The notes beneath the pieces were generated by a model. The model ran no database searches. It saw only the letters and a list, made by a program, of their open reading frames with translations, and was not told the origin of the DNA. From the IMG/VR virus record IMGVR_UViG_3300028840_002431, positions 186,001-250,000 of that record: 64,000 bases of DNA; one strand, 5' to 3'. Below are positions 9,259 to 18,868 of this stretch, piece after piece. The translations under genes and the position numbers were made by a program. How positions within the stretch are numbered: the first letter of the stretch is position 1; each line of letters starts with the position of its first letter.

Positions 9259-10026
9259 ATGTACGCAATAGGATATATGCCGGACAGCGACTATCCGGAT
9301 GAGCGAGACAAAGACGCGAAAGACATTCTAACCGCCGATACACACGATTCGGCCACCCTGTCTCATTGGGTTGTTGAAGTGTTGAATCAACGGAATCTAG
9401 GCTCATGCGTTGCCAACGCTGGCTTCCAGGCCATCCGTATGTCTCAGCGCTGTCAGAACGTGGCCGTAATCCCTCCTCTGGGTTCCCGCCTGTTCGGGTA
9501 TTATAACCCCCGGACGTACCACGACGCCGAAGACGACGACAACGGCACCTACATCCGGTTCTTCTTCAAGGCTCTCAACAAGTTCGGCTTCTGTCCCGAG
9601 AGCAAGTACCCCTACTATACCGACAAGTTTGCCGACAAGCCGGACCACGGTATCTATCGGGCGGCCATCGATCAGAAGGACCCGACGGACTATTACCGAA
9701 TCCGTGGGACCGGAGATGACCGGATCGAAGCTATCAAGAAGGCCATAACACAGGGGCACCCGGTTGTTTTCGGTACCACTGTGACGGGCAAGTTCTGTCG
9801 AGGTGACGCGGACGGTATCATCCCAAGGCCGACCGGAGGGTATCGAGGCGGTCACGCCATGGTGGTCGAAGGCTTCAACGATGCCGAAGAGTATTGCGTC
9901 ATACTTAATAGCTGGGGCAGCGGCTTTGGTGACGGTGGTCGGTGTAAGTTCAGTTACGACTACATGACCTGGAGTCGGACAAGTGACCTTTGGGTGGTCC
10001 GTTCGGCTCCGAGCTACTCCGAGTAA
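9259..10026 (+). CDS. papain-like C1 family cysteine peptidase
   Basis: NQRNLGSCVANA (Q, catalytic C), GGHAM (H), NSWG (N); SD AGGAGG. Confidence 0.9.
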   Translation: MYAIGYMPDSDYPDERDKDAKDILTADTHDSATLSHWVVEVLNQRNLGSCVANAGFQAIRMSQRCQNVAVIPPLGSRLFGYYNPRTYHDAEDDDNGTYIRFFFKALNKFGFCPESKYPYYTDKFADKPDHGIYRAAIDQKDPTDYYRIRGTGDDRIEAIKKAITQGHPVVFGTTVTGKFCRGDADGIIPRPTGGYRGGHAMVVEGFNDAEEYCVILNSWGSGFGDGGRCKFSYDYMTWSRTSDLWVVRSAPSYSE

Positions 10027-10030
10027 TATA

Positions 10031-10369
10031 ATGGTTGGTCCCTGGAATTCCGGCGAGAGAGTAGGTGCAGTGTCCCACGCTGACGATGAGACGTTGTACC
10101 TGTTCGGCTACGGGGTGTATGAAGGAGACTTCACTCCTCCGGAGTACGCGGACGGAGGCCCTGCCGGGTGGTTAGCGATGGGGATGAGAAAATTCGGGGA
10201 GAACTGGACCAACCCGCGTATACGTCTGGACAACGGAGATGTTGTCTGGGGTTGTGAATGCTGGTGGGCCGACGAAGAAAAAGTCAAACGAATAATCAGA
10301 GGCAGAAACGTAGTAATGGTGAGCATCAAGGAGGCGAGAGAAGAATGGGCCGAAGAATCTCCACCCTAA
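10031..10369 (+). CDS. hypothetical protein
   Basis: NPRIRLDNGDVVWGCECWW. Confidence 0.7.
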   Translation: MVGPWNSGERVGAVSHADDETLYLFGYGVYEGDFTPPEYADGGPAGWLAMGMRKFGENWTNPRIRLDNGDVVWGCECWWADEEKVKRIIRGRNVVMVSIKEAREEWAEESPP

Positions 10370-10641
10370 CATTATTGGCGGTCTTGTTTGTTTCTGGCTG
10401 CCCTCAAATCATACCCGACCCCAAGGACCCGGATGATCCGCCGCCTCCCGCTCCCGTTTGCGACAGAGCGTGTGACCACTACCGCTCCATGGAGTGTGAA
10501 GAGGGAGAGCCAACGCCGGAAGGCCGCCCGTGCGAGGAGGTTTGTAACAATCTCATGGACTCTGAGGTCCCCGGTATGCAGGAATACTACGAGTGTGTCT
10601 TAACCAAGGATACTTGCCCGGCCACCAAAGAGTGTGACTGA
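10345..10641 (+). CDS. cysteine-rich putative lipoprotein
   Basis: signal peptide with lipobox-like VSGC, Pro linker, multiple Cys. Confidence 0.7.
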   Translation: MGRRISTLTLLAVLFVSGCPQIIPDPKDPDDPPPPAPVCDRACDHYRSMECEEGEPTPEGRPCEEVCNNLMDSEVPGMQEYYECVLTKDTCPATKECD

Positions 10642-10844
10642 TGAAGAAGATCTATATCCTATCCCACGAAGAGGTCGTGGCGGCTTTGAAGAAGTATATC
10701 CACATGACCCTGGAGTTGCGGCCAGAGGATATAGATCAACTTGAGATATTCGCTAACGTTGGCAAAGGAATGGAACAGTTAGCCACTACCGGGAGTATCG
10801 AGGTAAAGGTGAGTGAACGAGTAAAGCTGGGAGCGAACTCGTGA
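10641..10844 (+). CDS. hypothetical protein
   Basis: coupled ORF. Confidence 0.6.
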   Translation: MKKIYILSHEEVVAALKKYIHMTLELRPEDIDQLEIFANVGKGMEQLATTGSIEVKVSERVKLGANS

Positions 10845-11218
10845 TGTCGAGAAAAGGTTTCACACTAATCGAGGGGATGATCGTCGCTGCTATCCTAATG
10901 ATAATAGCAACCCTTTGTGTCCCGCTCTTCATCCACGCAAAGTTGGAAAGCAAGAACGGCACTTTCCAATGCACTCTCACAGACAACTCGCGGGTAGAGG
11001 GGGAGTTTCACAAAGCTACTCTTAAGGGCGACGTGTGGACCATTGTTGATCGTAAGGGAAAGACCACCAAGCTGCCTCCCAAGTCTGTGTGTACCGTCAA
11101 AAGAGATAGCCTGGACGGTTTGTCAGAAGTTGCCCAGGAGGAAACTGAGGAGAAGGCCGAAGATCAGACGGTAGAAGACGATGACGATGAGTTCGGGAGT
11201 CAAGATGACGAGTTTTAG
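10841..11218 (+). CDS. type IV prepilin-like protein
   Basis: RKG|FTLIE class III signal followed by hydrophobic helix; acidic tail. Confidence 0.75.
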   Translation: MMSRKGFTLIEGMIVAAILMIIATLCVPLFIHAKLESKNGTFQCTLTDNSRVEGEFHKATLKGDVWTIVDRKGKTTKLPPKSVCTVKRDSLDGLSEVAQEETEEKAEDQTVEDDDDEFGSQDDEF

Positions 11219-11263
11219 GAGCCAGATCACTACCACGCGGGTAGCGCCCGCAGGAGGTGATCA

Positions 11264-11530
11264 GTGGCTCATTACAAGAGACGTAAGCGCCGTAAGGGCG
11301 GAATCAAGGGTTGTTGCGGCATGTGTATGTTGCAAACAACCGACGGACGTAGAAACGGCCGAGTGTTAACTTGGCAGGAGAAAAGGGCCGTCTTAGACGC
11401 CAAAGACATGTTGGAAGAAGCTCAATCGGCGGGGATAAAGTTCAGCGCACGAGAAGAGAGACTCCGCAACGGCTATGGAGGCGGTGGAAGGTCGATAATA
11501 AGAACTCGATGGTGGAAGCGTAAGCGATGA
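11264..11530 (+). CDS. small basic hypothetical protein
   Basis: SD AGGAGGT before GTG; CCGMC. Confidence 0.65.
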   Translation: MAHYKRRKRRKGGIKGCCGMCMLQTTDGRRNGRVLTWQEKRAVLDAKDMLEEAQSAGIKFSAREERLRNGYGGGGRSIIRTRWWKRKR

Positions 11531-12306
11531 AATACACGACGATCAGTGAAGACTCATGGTTCGGAGCGCACGGGTGGACGCACACCCGGCTCATATACTG
11601 GGAAGGCCACGAGCTACGGTTCAATTTTTATTGTGGTATCCAGGGTTATTCCACACCGTCTGCCGTAGTGACGCGGGGTATCGACGGGGCATTGTGCGTC
11701 GAGTTGGGGCCGGGGGATTTGAACATCGAACCACAAGATCAACACGATGGTCCCGGTCATAATTATTTTGAAGCGGACATGGCCAAGCTGTGCCAAGCCC
11801 TGGAAAAGAAGTTTGGCGTTAGTGAAGAGGCGAAACTCAATCGTCCGCTCAACCTCTTCGATTGCGTCAAAGATCCGGAGGCGTCGGCTGGTGTCCCAGC
11901 AGGGGTCACGTTAATAGCCAGGGAACGGCAACGGCACTTTGAAAAGGGGTATGACGCTGCTTGTGACGATCGGCGTGAGGATGGTTCCTTGGCACAAGCG
12001 GCTGTTTGTTACGCTACTTACTTCCCTTTGTATGTTAGGGATGGGGACGCTTTCAATTTCGTGGACCCGTGGCCGGACAATTGGCCAGCGTCAAAGGACA
12101 AGAGAAGGCAACGCGCCGACCCTTATGAAGACTCTATCCCCAATCCACGCTCCGTGGCGGTGGAAGACCGAATCAACTTGTTGGTAGAGTCTGGCGCTCT
12201 GATCGCTGCCGAAATTGACCGGCTAACCCGGATGCACGAAGCCGAGATGGCACGTCAGAAAGAAGCAGAACAGCGTCTTATCGAGGATAACGACATACCG
12301 TTCTAG
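11527..12306 (+). CDS. two-domain hypothetical protein
   Basis: IARERQR...LAQAAVCY...GALIAAEIDRL resembles a recurrent phage domain; ends DNDIPF. Confidence 0.75.
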   Translation: MKYTTISEDSWFGAHGWTHTRLIYWEGHELRFNFYCGIQGYSTPSAVVTRGIDGALCVELGPGDLNIEPQDQHDGPGHNYFEADMAKLCQALEKKFGVSEEAKLNRPLNLFDCVKDPEASAGVPAGVTLIARERQRHFEKGYDAACDDRREDGSLAQAAVCYATYFPLYVRDGDAFNFVDPWPDNWPASKDKRRQRADPYEDSIPNPRSVAVEDRINLLVESGALIAAEIDRLTRMHEAEMARQKEAEQRLIEDNDIPF

Positions 12307-12606
12307 ATGCTCATGAGTGAGATGAATCGCAGACAGTTCCTGAGAAAGTTCCTCCCGGTTGTGGGTGTCGCTGCCGTGGCTCCGACCATCCTGATTCCGG
12401 AGCGCAAAGTAAGACGCTATTGGGACATGGGAGCGGCGTACCAAAAACACGATCTCAATGAGGCCAAGCGACTCGTCGAGGAGGCAAAGGCCGTGGCGCG
12501 TGCTGAGATGGAGTTTTCGTTCAACGATGCAACCGGACTTTGGACCGCTGGCTGGAAAATGAAAGACACCATCGCTTTTGTGGCGGCCCAGTCCCAAGAC
12601 ATGTAA
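12307..12606 (+). CDS. protein with twin-arginine-like signal
   Basis: MNRRQFL plus hydrophobic stretch. Confidence 0.6.
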   Translation: MLMSEMNRRQFLRKFLPVVGVAAVAPTILIPERKVRRYWDMGAAYQKHDLNEAKRLVEEAKAVARAEMEFSFNDATGLWTAGWKMKDTIAFVAAQSQDM

Positions 12607-12618
12607 AACGGAGAGAGT

Positions 12619-13533
12619 GTGACGGGTATTATCGTAGTAGGGACAGGCCGTTGCGGCTCCACGCTCATCTCTGACTTGATGAACGCTCATCCCGCCGTTC
12701 TGTCGATCTCCGAGTTTTTCTCCATGGCCGGGTTCGGGTTGTTCCGGCTGCCGTCCGTGGATGGTCCGACCCTCTGGAAGAAGTGCTGCCACATGCCGGA
12801 ACAGGCCAAGGACATCCTCCGTGGACCGCCCATCGAGGAGATACTGGCTGACGTATCACAGGAGATTCCCGACGCCCTGGACCTGATTACGATACCGCAC
12901 CTGAGCCAGGGGTCCCGGCTGTCCATTGGAACGGTCCGTGAGCGCTTCAAAATGGCCATAGAGGCGCGTCCGAAAGGACCGGCCCACGAGCATTTCCAAC
13001 CGGTGTTCGAGGCCCTGAGTAAGGATCTAGGGGCGTCCTGGTGGGTTGAGAGGTCGGGCGGCTCCCTGGAGTTCGTCAACGAGCTTCGACGAGCTTTCCC
13101 GGATGTACGTTTTGTTCACATCTACCGAAACGGGCCGGATACCGCTGTCTCCCTGGCCAAGCATCCGTACTTCCGGGTCCGGATCGCCTACCGGATATTG
13201 AGTCGGCCGTGGCCAGCGCAGAAGATCATGGACATGGACATACCACTGGTCGCGTTCGGCCGGTACTGGGCCAACCAAATCGTTCATGGCGTGAAGGCCC
13301 TGGAAGGTGCCCCGGTCCACCACGTTCAATACGAGAAGCTGGTCAGCGACACGGAAACCGAGATCGATCGGATGTTTGAGTTCATGGAGGTTCCCGTGGA
13401 TCAGGCGTACATCGAGGCCGCCCAGGAGTTGGTCCAGCCGCCCAAGGAACGAGAAATTGACGGCCGCGAACTCCGTCACCTGGAAGCGGCTTGTGAGTTG
13501 GGCACCAAGGCCATCGATGCTTTGACGGTGTAA
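12619..13533 (+). CDS. PAPS-dependent sulfotransferase
   Basis: GTGRCGST 5'-PSB loop, RNGPDTAVS 3'-PB motif, YEKLV. Confidence 0.85.
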   Translation: MTGIIVVGTGRCGSTLISDLMNAHPAVLSISEFFSMAGFGLFRLPSVDGPTLWKKCCHMPEQAKDILRGPPIEEILADVSQEIPDALDLITIPHLSQGSRLSIGTVRERFKMAIEARPKGPAHEHFQPVFEALSKDLGASWWVERSGGSLEFVNELRRAFPDVRFVHIYRNGPDTAVSLAKHPYFRVRIAYRILSRPWPAQKIMDMDIPLVAFGRYWANQIVHGVKALEGAPVHHVQYEKLVSDTETEIDRMFEFMEVPVDQAYIEAAQELVQPPKEREIDGRELRHLEAACELGTKAIDALTV

Positions 13534-13535
13534 TA
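13526..13535 (+). promoter_or_regulatory. class B promoter-like motif
   Basis: CGGTGTAATA overlapping the sulfotransferase stop. Confidence 0.5.
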
Positions 13536-13702
13536 TGTCAAAGCAGACCTTCTGGCCCCCGGTTTACTGCCCAAATGTAGTTGCCAGATGCCTGACTATT
13601 TCAGACTGGGTCGGGGTGTTGTCTCGATCACGGCCCACTGCCCCGGATGCAACAGCAAAGTGAAGATATCTAAGAAACAACCAAACCCAATTACGGTAGA
13701 CA

Positions 13703-14281
13703 ATGGCTGAACCCTTGTTTCTGAATTGGCAGTTCTACCAGGAGTGCCAGCTTGTAACGGCGATCAACGCGGCCTTCTTTCTAGGTGAACCGTTGGTCGA
13801 GCAAGGGACCCCCGAATATGAAAGGCTTGTGGACTTCGTTCACGCGAGGAACGGGGCCGCCATCTCCATTGAAAAGGCCCACGAGTACCTCAAAATCAAG
13901 AGGACTCCCTTGTGTAAGAAAGCCGGTTTCACTTGGGAGTTGATGAAACAAAAGATCGACGAAGGGCACCCTGTAGAACTACTTGTCCAAGGTCCCAAGT
14001 ACGGCCGCCATAGTGTTCTGGCCGTCGAGTGCCGCAAAGAAGCCTACGAGTTAGGCGAAGATCCAGCCAAGCTCGTGAAGATAGCTAACTTCGGGCTTGT
14101 GGCCAACAAATACGGGCTGATTAAATACTCGAAGCTCAGAGCGTACATGCGTTTCCTTGACAAGGTCCGGCCCGTCGCGTGGTATTTCTACAAAGACCCT
14201 CTTCACATAAGGCGGCCAAGACTCCAAGGCGAACCGGAGGTACCGTTTGTCGCTGTTGTCCACGGAAAGATCAATGCCTAA
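13703..14281 (+). CDS. hypothetical protein, possible C39-like peptidase fold
   Basis: QFYQECQL...HSVL...IAN. Confidence 0.5.
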   Translation: MAEPLFLNWQFYQECQLVTAINAAFFLGEPLVEQGTPEYERLVDFVHARNGAAISIEKAHEYLKIKRTPLCKKAGFTWELMKQKIDEGHPVELLVQGPKYGRHSVLAVECRKEAYELGEDPAKLVKIANFGLVANKYGLIKYSKLRAYMRFLDKVRPVAWYFYKDPLHIRRPRLQGEPEVPFVAVVHGKINA

Positions 14282-14558
14282 CTTCAAGTCCGACGGCACC
14301 CCGTTTGACGACGATACTCCGTTCGGGACCAAGAACGTTCTCAGAAGACCGCTTCTTACGCCGACTTGCGTTATGTGTGAACAAGAGAAAGAGGATGGGA
14401 AAAGAGAAGACGCAAAGCTGGCGGTAGCCCGTTATTACTCCAACACCTGGGTTGCCACCGTTTGCGAAGAGCACGATGGAGCGTTGTCCAAGAAGCTCAC
14501 TGACAACGGTTGGACGATAGATCGACATGAAGAAGCACCGCCCCACGAGCAGTCATGA
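14274..14558 (+). CDS. hypothetical Zn-binding protein
   Basis: CVMC...CEEH. Confidence 0.65.
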   Translation: MPNFKSDGTPFDDDTPFGTKNVLRRPLLTPTCVMCEQEKEDGKREDAKLAVARYYSNTWVATVCEEHDGALSKKLTDNGWTIDRHEEAPPHEQS

Positions 14559-14842
14559 AATTCTGGGTTAACGCCAAGGTCCAATGCGAGGCTCAGGAGG
14601 TTCTTGCGATTCCATGCGAAGAAGAACAAACAGTACGTCTCCTCTGTCGGGCCAGACACATGGGAAAGGTTGATCCCCTGTCGTTATATTCGTCCCAGAT
14701 CGGGGTAATAGATTTGGAGCACAGCCAGTGGGAGGGCGAGGGTTGGGCGGCTCACAGCCAGGACCGGAAGCCCCCACGCTTCTTTTGTCCAGCACACGCG
14801 GAAGCCGGGGTAGAGCGTCTCAAACAGGTCGGTGACAAGTGA
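14555..14842 (+). CDS. hypothetical protein
   Basis: ATGA coupling. Confidence 0.6.
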   Translation: MKFWVNAKVQCEAQEVLAIPCEEEQTVRLLCRARHMGKVDPLSLYSSQIGVIDLEHSQWEGEGWAAHSQDRKPPRFFCPAHAEAGVERLKQVGDK

Positions 14843-15024
14843 GTGGAAGAAACAAGGCTCGCCATATCCAACGAGAGTTAGGTTGGCGTTACACGAAAGC
14901 TCTACGGTTCGTACGAACCTATTCGAAAGAGGCCCTGGATATGGCCCTTGAAGACGGGATCACGGTCAAGGAGGCTTTACTCCTAATGGCGCGAGAGCAA
15001 GACGAGGCCGAGAATGGATCATAG
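14839..15024 (+). CDS. hypothetical protein
   Basis: coupled ORF. Confidence 0.6.
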   Translation: MSGRNKARHIQRELGWRYTKALRFVRTYSKEALDMALEDGITVKEALLLMAREQDEAENGS

Positions 15025-15460
15025 GTACTGGCAGCGAGAGTCGCTGAAAAAACCGAACCGGCTGACCGTTGAAATCAACGACGAGCCTTGGAAGCCGGTC
15101 GAAGGCAAACACCCTGGTAAAGCTGTTTGCCTACTTCTTGGGTGTCAGGTTTTTGCACGGGCGGAAACGGCCGAGAGGATTGACTACAGCGATTTGCTGG
15201 ACAAGACGCCCCCGAAACCAAAGGTGGGTGTCGCCTATATCGAAACCAAAGCCACGCTCCACCACATCCCCAAAAACCGGCTCACGATACTGAGGTGCGA
15301 TCGCTGCAAGGCAGAGTGGTACGAGATAGAGCCGATAAGAGACGAGCCTCCCATCGAGTACTCCAAGTGGTTGGAGATACCCGTGAGAGGCAGAGTTGTC
15401 CTCCCGGCCGAACCGAAGCCGGAAGGACAAACAACTCTCTGGGACGAGCTAAAAGGCTAG
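15014..15460 (+). CDS. hypothetical protein
   Basis: CDRC; ends QTTLWDELKG. Confidence 0.7.
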   Translation: MDHRYWQRESLKKPNRLTVEINDEPWKPVEGKHPGKAVCLLLGCQVFARAETAERIDYSDLLDKTPPKPKVGVAYIETKATLHHIPKNRLTILRCDRCKAEWYEIEPIRDEPPIEYSKWLEIPVRGRVVLPAEPKPEGQTTLWDELKG

Positions 15461-16338
15461 TTGTTGACGGCCGCGTCCGCCACGAACTTGGCTGCCTTGT
15501 CTTGCAGGTCCTGGTTCTGAGCGAAGCCGCCTTCCAGGATGACTGACACAACGCCATCACCCAGATCAAGCCTGAGCTTGTACGGGTCCGGAGTCCCGTT
15601 CGCGGGACTCGCTGCCACGGGCGCTGCCTTTCGCGGAGCCGCCTTCTTCTTGGCCGCCTTCTTCTTACTGGTCTTTCGAGACGCGGGCGGTGCCGCTTCG
15701 GCGTCCTTCTTCGAGGTCTTCGGGAGGTTGTGGTAGGTCAGAAGCATAGCCTCAGTAACCCGGAACCGGTTGCCGCCCTGGACCCTGATCTTCGAGGCGT
15801 TGCCCTTCTCTACTGCCTTCACCCGGATGTTACCGATTCGAGACCGGCACTGAGTGGGAGTACGCTTGAGACCGAAACGGGCTACAAGAGCCTTGGCGAT
15901 CTCCTTGTAGTGCTTCCCTTCGTTGTACATCCTGGCCATGAAACGATCGTGCTCGACGGTCCACTTCTTGCCGTTCTTACCCCTCTTCTTCTTTCTGGGT
16001 TTTTTCTTGGTCGGAGCGGCCTTGGTTTTGGTCGGCTCCGGAGTCGCAGACACAGGCGTCTTCTTCTTGCCGTGGAACGCCCTCAACTCCTTCTTGGAAA
16101 TCGGCTTGCGACCGGTCTCCGGGTCGGCCTTGGTTTTCTTGGCGGCGGGGAACAGCTTCTCGACGCCCTGACGGATTCGAGTCATTCGGGAAAGGCATTT
16201 GATCGGCGTCCGCTTGGTGCCGAACTTCTTGTTAAGTTTCTTCGAGATCTCTTCGTGAGAGGCCCCGGAGTTGTATAAATCGACGAGCGCTAGGTCGTGG
16301 TATACGGTCCAGGTCTCGCCTCTGCTCTTTTTAGGCAT
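15457..16338 (-). CDS. lysine-rich DNA-binding protein with two Myb/SANT-like HTH repeats
   Basis: two repeats WTxxHD...Y..G....EI...L...FG.KRTP..C.SR; K/A/P-rich linkers; SD GGAG. Confidence 0.75.
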   Translation of the reverse strand: MPKKSRGETWTVYHDLALVDLYNSGASHEEISKKLNKKFGTKRTPIKCLSRMTRIRQGVEKLFPAAKKTKADPETGRKPISKKELRAFHGKKKTPVSATPEPTKTKAAPTKKKPRKKKRGKNGKKWTVEHDRFMARMYNEGKHYKEIAKALVARFGLKRTPTQCRSRIGNIRVKAVEKGNASKIRVQGGNRFRVTEAMLLTYHNLPKTSKKDAEAAPPASRKTSKKKAAKKKAAPRKAAPVAASPANGTPDPYKLRLDLGDGVVSVILEGGFAQNQDLQDKAAKFVADAAVNN

Positions 16339-16383
16339 ATTTCATCTCCATTTCATGATTGATCAAAAATCGATCGAGTCATA

Positions 16384-16410
16384 TACTACACCGGTCGCCA
16401 GCCGGTGTAA
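16384..16410. promoter_or_regulatory. back-to-back class B motifs at a divergent gene junction
   Basis: TACTACACCGG (16384-94) and CCGGTGTAA (16402-10). Confidence 0.6.
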
Positions 16411-16460
16411 ATAAGGAAAATGACAATGTTATTCTAAGGGTGTTAGAAAGGCTGTAAGTC

Positions 16461-17021
16461 GTGGAAATCTTTGGACATGATTGTAGCCCTAGCGATTTCG
16501 AGCCTGGGAAAATACATCAGATTAGCAAGCGGAAGATACTGTTTAGTGCAGAGATGACGCCCGCTGTTGTAATGTACAATCCTAAATACCCTCATAACGT
16601 AGGTGCGGCAGTAAGGGCGGCATCGTGCTTTGGTGCCAAGGTAATCATTTTCAGTGGCGACCGGTTGGGGGTGTTAGATAACCCCAAGGTGCGGATACCT
16701 CGCGAGGAGCGGATGAAGGGCTACTTCGACGTGACCATCATAAACGACGACTACCCGTTTAATCGCTTCCCTAAAGAGGTGACGCCGGTCGCGGTAGAAG
16801 TCCGACAGAACTCCGAATTGCTCCCGCATTTCGAGCACCCCGAAAACCCGGTTTACGTATTCGGACCGGAGGACGGGTCGCTGCCCCAGAATGCGTTGAC
16901 GCATTGCCACCGATTTCTACGGATTCCGTCGAAACATTGCCTCAGTTTGGGCAATGCCGTGAATATCGTGCTGTATGACCGGATGGTCAAAAACGGTATC
17001 GAGAATTTCGGTGTAACATGA
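16461..17021 (+). CDS. SpoU/TrmH-family (SPOUT) RNA 2'-O-methyltransferase
   Basis: PKYPHNVGAAVRAASCFG, VFGPEDGSL, IPSKHCLSLGNAVNIVLYD. Confidence 0.85.
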   Translation: MEIFGHDCSPSDFEPGKIHQISKRKILFSAEMTPAVVMYNPKYPHNVGAAVRAASCFGAKVIIFSGDRLGVLDNPKVRIPREERMKGYFDVTIINDDYPFNRFPKEVTPVAVEVRQNSELLPHFEHPENPVYVFGPEDGSLPQNALTHCHRFLRIPSKHCLSLGNAVNIVLYDRMVKNGIENFGVT

Positions 17022-17275
17022 TATACGTCCGAATCGAGATATGGCCCCTTGGGAGTCAAGACCACAAGCGAGTTCTAGGAGAAGCCTACATTTCTAACAC
17101 CGGGAAGGGCACCGAACAAAAAGGCGACTACGAATACAAACTGTCCAAGAAGAAAGGATTCGGACCCCAAGGCGGCAACATTTGGAGAAAAGGGTTCATC
17201 CACAACTTCCCCCGAAAACGGCTAGGACCGTGGGACTTATTACGGCGCGTGGTTGAGGCAGCGCGAGAGAGGTAG
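17018..17275 (+). CDS. hypothetical protein
   Basis: coupled ORF. Confidence 0.7.
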   Translation: MIYVRIEIWPLGSQDHKRVLGEAYISNTGKGTEQKGDYEYKLSKKKGFGPQGGNIWRKGFIHNFPRKRLGPWDLLRRVVEAARER

Positions 17276-17278
17276 ACA

Positions 17279-17614
17279 ATGGCTATATTCATAAAGCTAG
17301 GCGTGCTCTTTGTGGTGCTCGTTGCATCACTCATAGTCATAACGCAAATAATCATCCCCAGCTTCAAGGGACAAGAGACTTGGCCAGCCACAAGGCGAAA
17401 GAAGAAGGTCAAGAGCCTTGAAGAGATTAAGGATCAAATCGATGACGTTGAAGCTGGGTTGCACCTCCACCAACACAAAGTGGAGTTGCACGAAAAGCAA
17501 CGGCAGTTGGCAGAGTTGGAACGCGAACTAGCCGATAGAGAAGAAGAGTCAGAAACAACAGATGAACAAGAAGAAGAAACAAATCCAAACCCAGATGTAG
17601 ATGAAAGGATATAA
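17279..17614 (+). CDS. membrane-anchored coiled-coil protein
   Basis: N-terminal TM helix, directly upstream of the SPFH gene. Confidence 0.7.
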   Translation: MAIFIKLGVLFVVLVASLIVITQIIIPSFKGQETWPATRRKKKVKSLEEIKDQIDDVEAGLHLHQHKVELHEKQRQLAELERELADREEESETTDEQEEETNPNPDVDERI

Positions 17615-17617
17615 CAA

Positions 17618-18868
17618 ATGCCTGGAAGAATTCCTTGGAAAGCCATCGTTGGCATAGTCGGCCTCATTATTGCGGCCGTCGTCGTCGGAAACATGTTCAC
17701 CTACGTGGACGCGGGTGAATACGTCGTTAAACAGACAATCGGAGGTCAGCTATCCGTGTTCGAGACGCCCGGCTTCAAGTGGCAAGGACTGGCTAAGGTC
17801 ACTCCTTACCCGAAAGCCACCCAGTTCGATTTCGACATGGAGATGAAGCAACAGGACGACGCCAAAGAGTACGAAGACACGAGCCGCTGTCTGCCCATCC
17901 GGTTCAACGATCAAGGCCGTGCTCGTATATGCGGGACCTTGCGTGTGGACGTGCCGGGAGGGAAGCAGTTGATCAAACTGCACGAACAATTCGGCAGCAT
18001 AAGATCCATCATGTCCGGACTGGTTGCACCCGCCATTGCCAAGGCCACGTACCAGACCGGGCCTCTCATGTCCTCCCGCGAGTCGGCGTCGGAAAAGAGG
18101 GGCGACCTACAAGACCACATCGTCAATCAGGCGAAAGTGGGCTTCTACAAGAAAGTTACCAAAGAGGTGAAGGTGGAAGACCCCAGCGCTCCGATGTCGA
18201 AGGACCCGAATACCGGAGAGTTGAAGGTGGCTATGAAGTTGGTCAAGATCTCCGAGCCTGTGTTGGGTAAAGACGGTACTCCGGTAATCCAGGAAAAGTC
18301 GGCCCTGGCCAAGTTCGGCATCAGTTTCTACAACTTTGCCATTAAGCGGATCGCCTATTCCAAGTCGGTTCAAGACCAGATCGAGAAACAGCGTGAGCGA
18401 GAGGTCGCCATTCAGACCGCTATCGCACAGGCCAAGAAAGCTGAACAGGACGCCAAGACCGCAAAGGCAAACGAGGAGGCCGATGTAGCCAAGAAACGCG
18501 CCGAGATGCAGGTTGACAAGATCGAAGCTGTGACCCAGGCCGAGAAAACCAGAGACGTTGCCGCTCTCAACCTGGAGAAGGCCGAGTTGGACGCGAAAGC
18601 GGTCATAGCTACCGGTAAGGCGGAAGCGGAAGCTCGTCGTTTGAAGATGCAAGCTGACGGTGCGTTGAACCAGAAGCTAGAGGCATGGATCAAGGTCAGC
18701 GAGTTTTACGCTCAAGCGCTGGCTCAAGCCAAGCCCGGAGCACTTGTCCCGAATCTGATGATGTGCGGCGGCGAGGGCGGCAAGGGTAAAGGCGGGGCCA
18801 ACGACCTCGTACAGCTATTGACGGCTCAGACCGCACGGCAACTGAGCGTCGATACCCAACCCAAGTAA
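17618..18868 (+). CDS. SPFH/band-7 family membrane protein
   Basis: N-terminal TM, YVDAGEYVV, Ala/Glu-rich coiled coil, AEAEA...ADGAL..KL. Confidence 0.8.
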   Translation: MPGRIPWKAIVGIVGLIIAAVVVGNMFTYVDAGEYVVKQTIGGQLSVFETPGFKWQGLAKVTPYPKATQFDFDMEMKQQDDAKEYEDTSRCLPIRFNDQGRARICGTLRVDVPGGKQLIKLHEQFGSIRSIMSGLVAPAIAKATYQTGPLMSSRESASEKRGDLQDHIVNQAKVGFYKKVTKEVKVEDPSAPMSKDPNTGELKVAMKLVKISEPVLGKDGTPVIQEKSALAKFGISFYNFAIKRIAYSKSVQDQIEKQREREVAIQTAIAQAKKAEQDAKTAKANEEADVAKKRAEMQVDKIEAVTQAEKTRDVAALNLEKAELDAKAVIATGKAEAEARRLKMQADGALNQKLEAWIKVSEFYAQALAQAKPGALVPNLMMCGGEGGKGKGGANDLVQLLTAQTARQLSVDTQPK

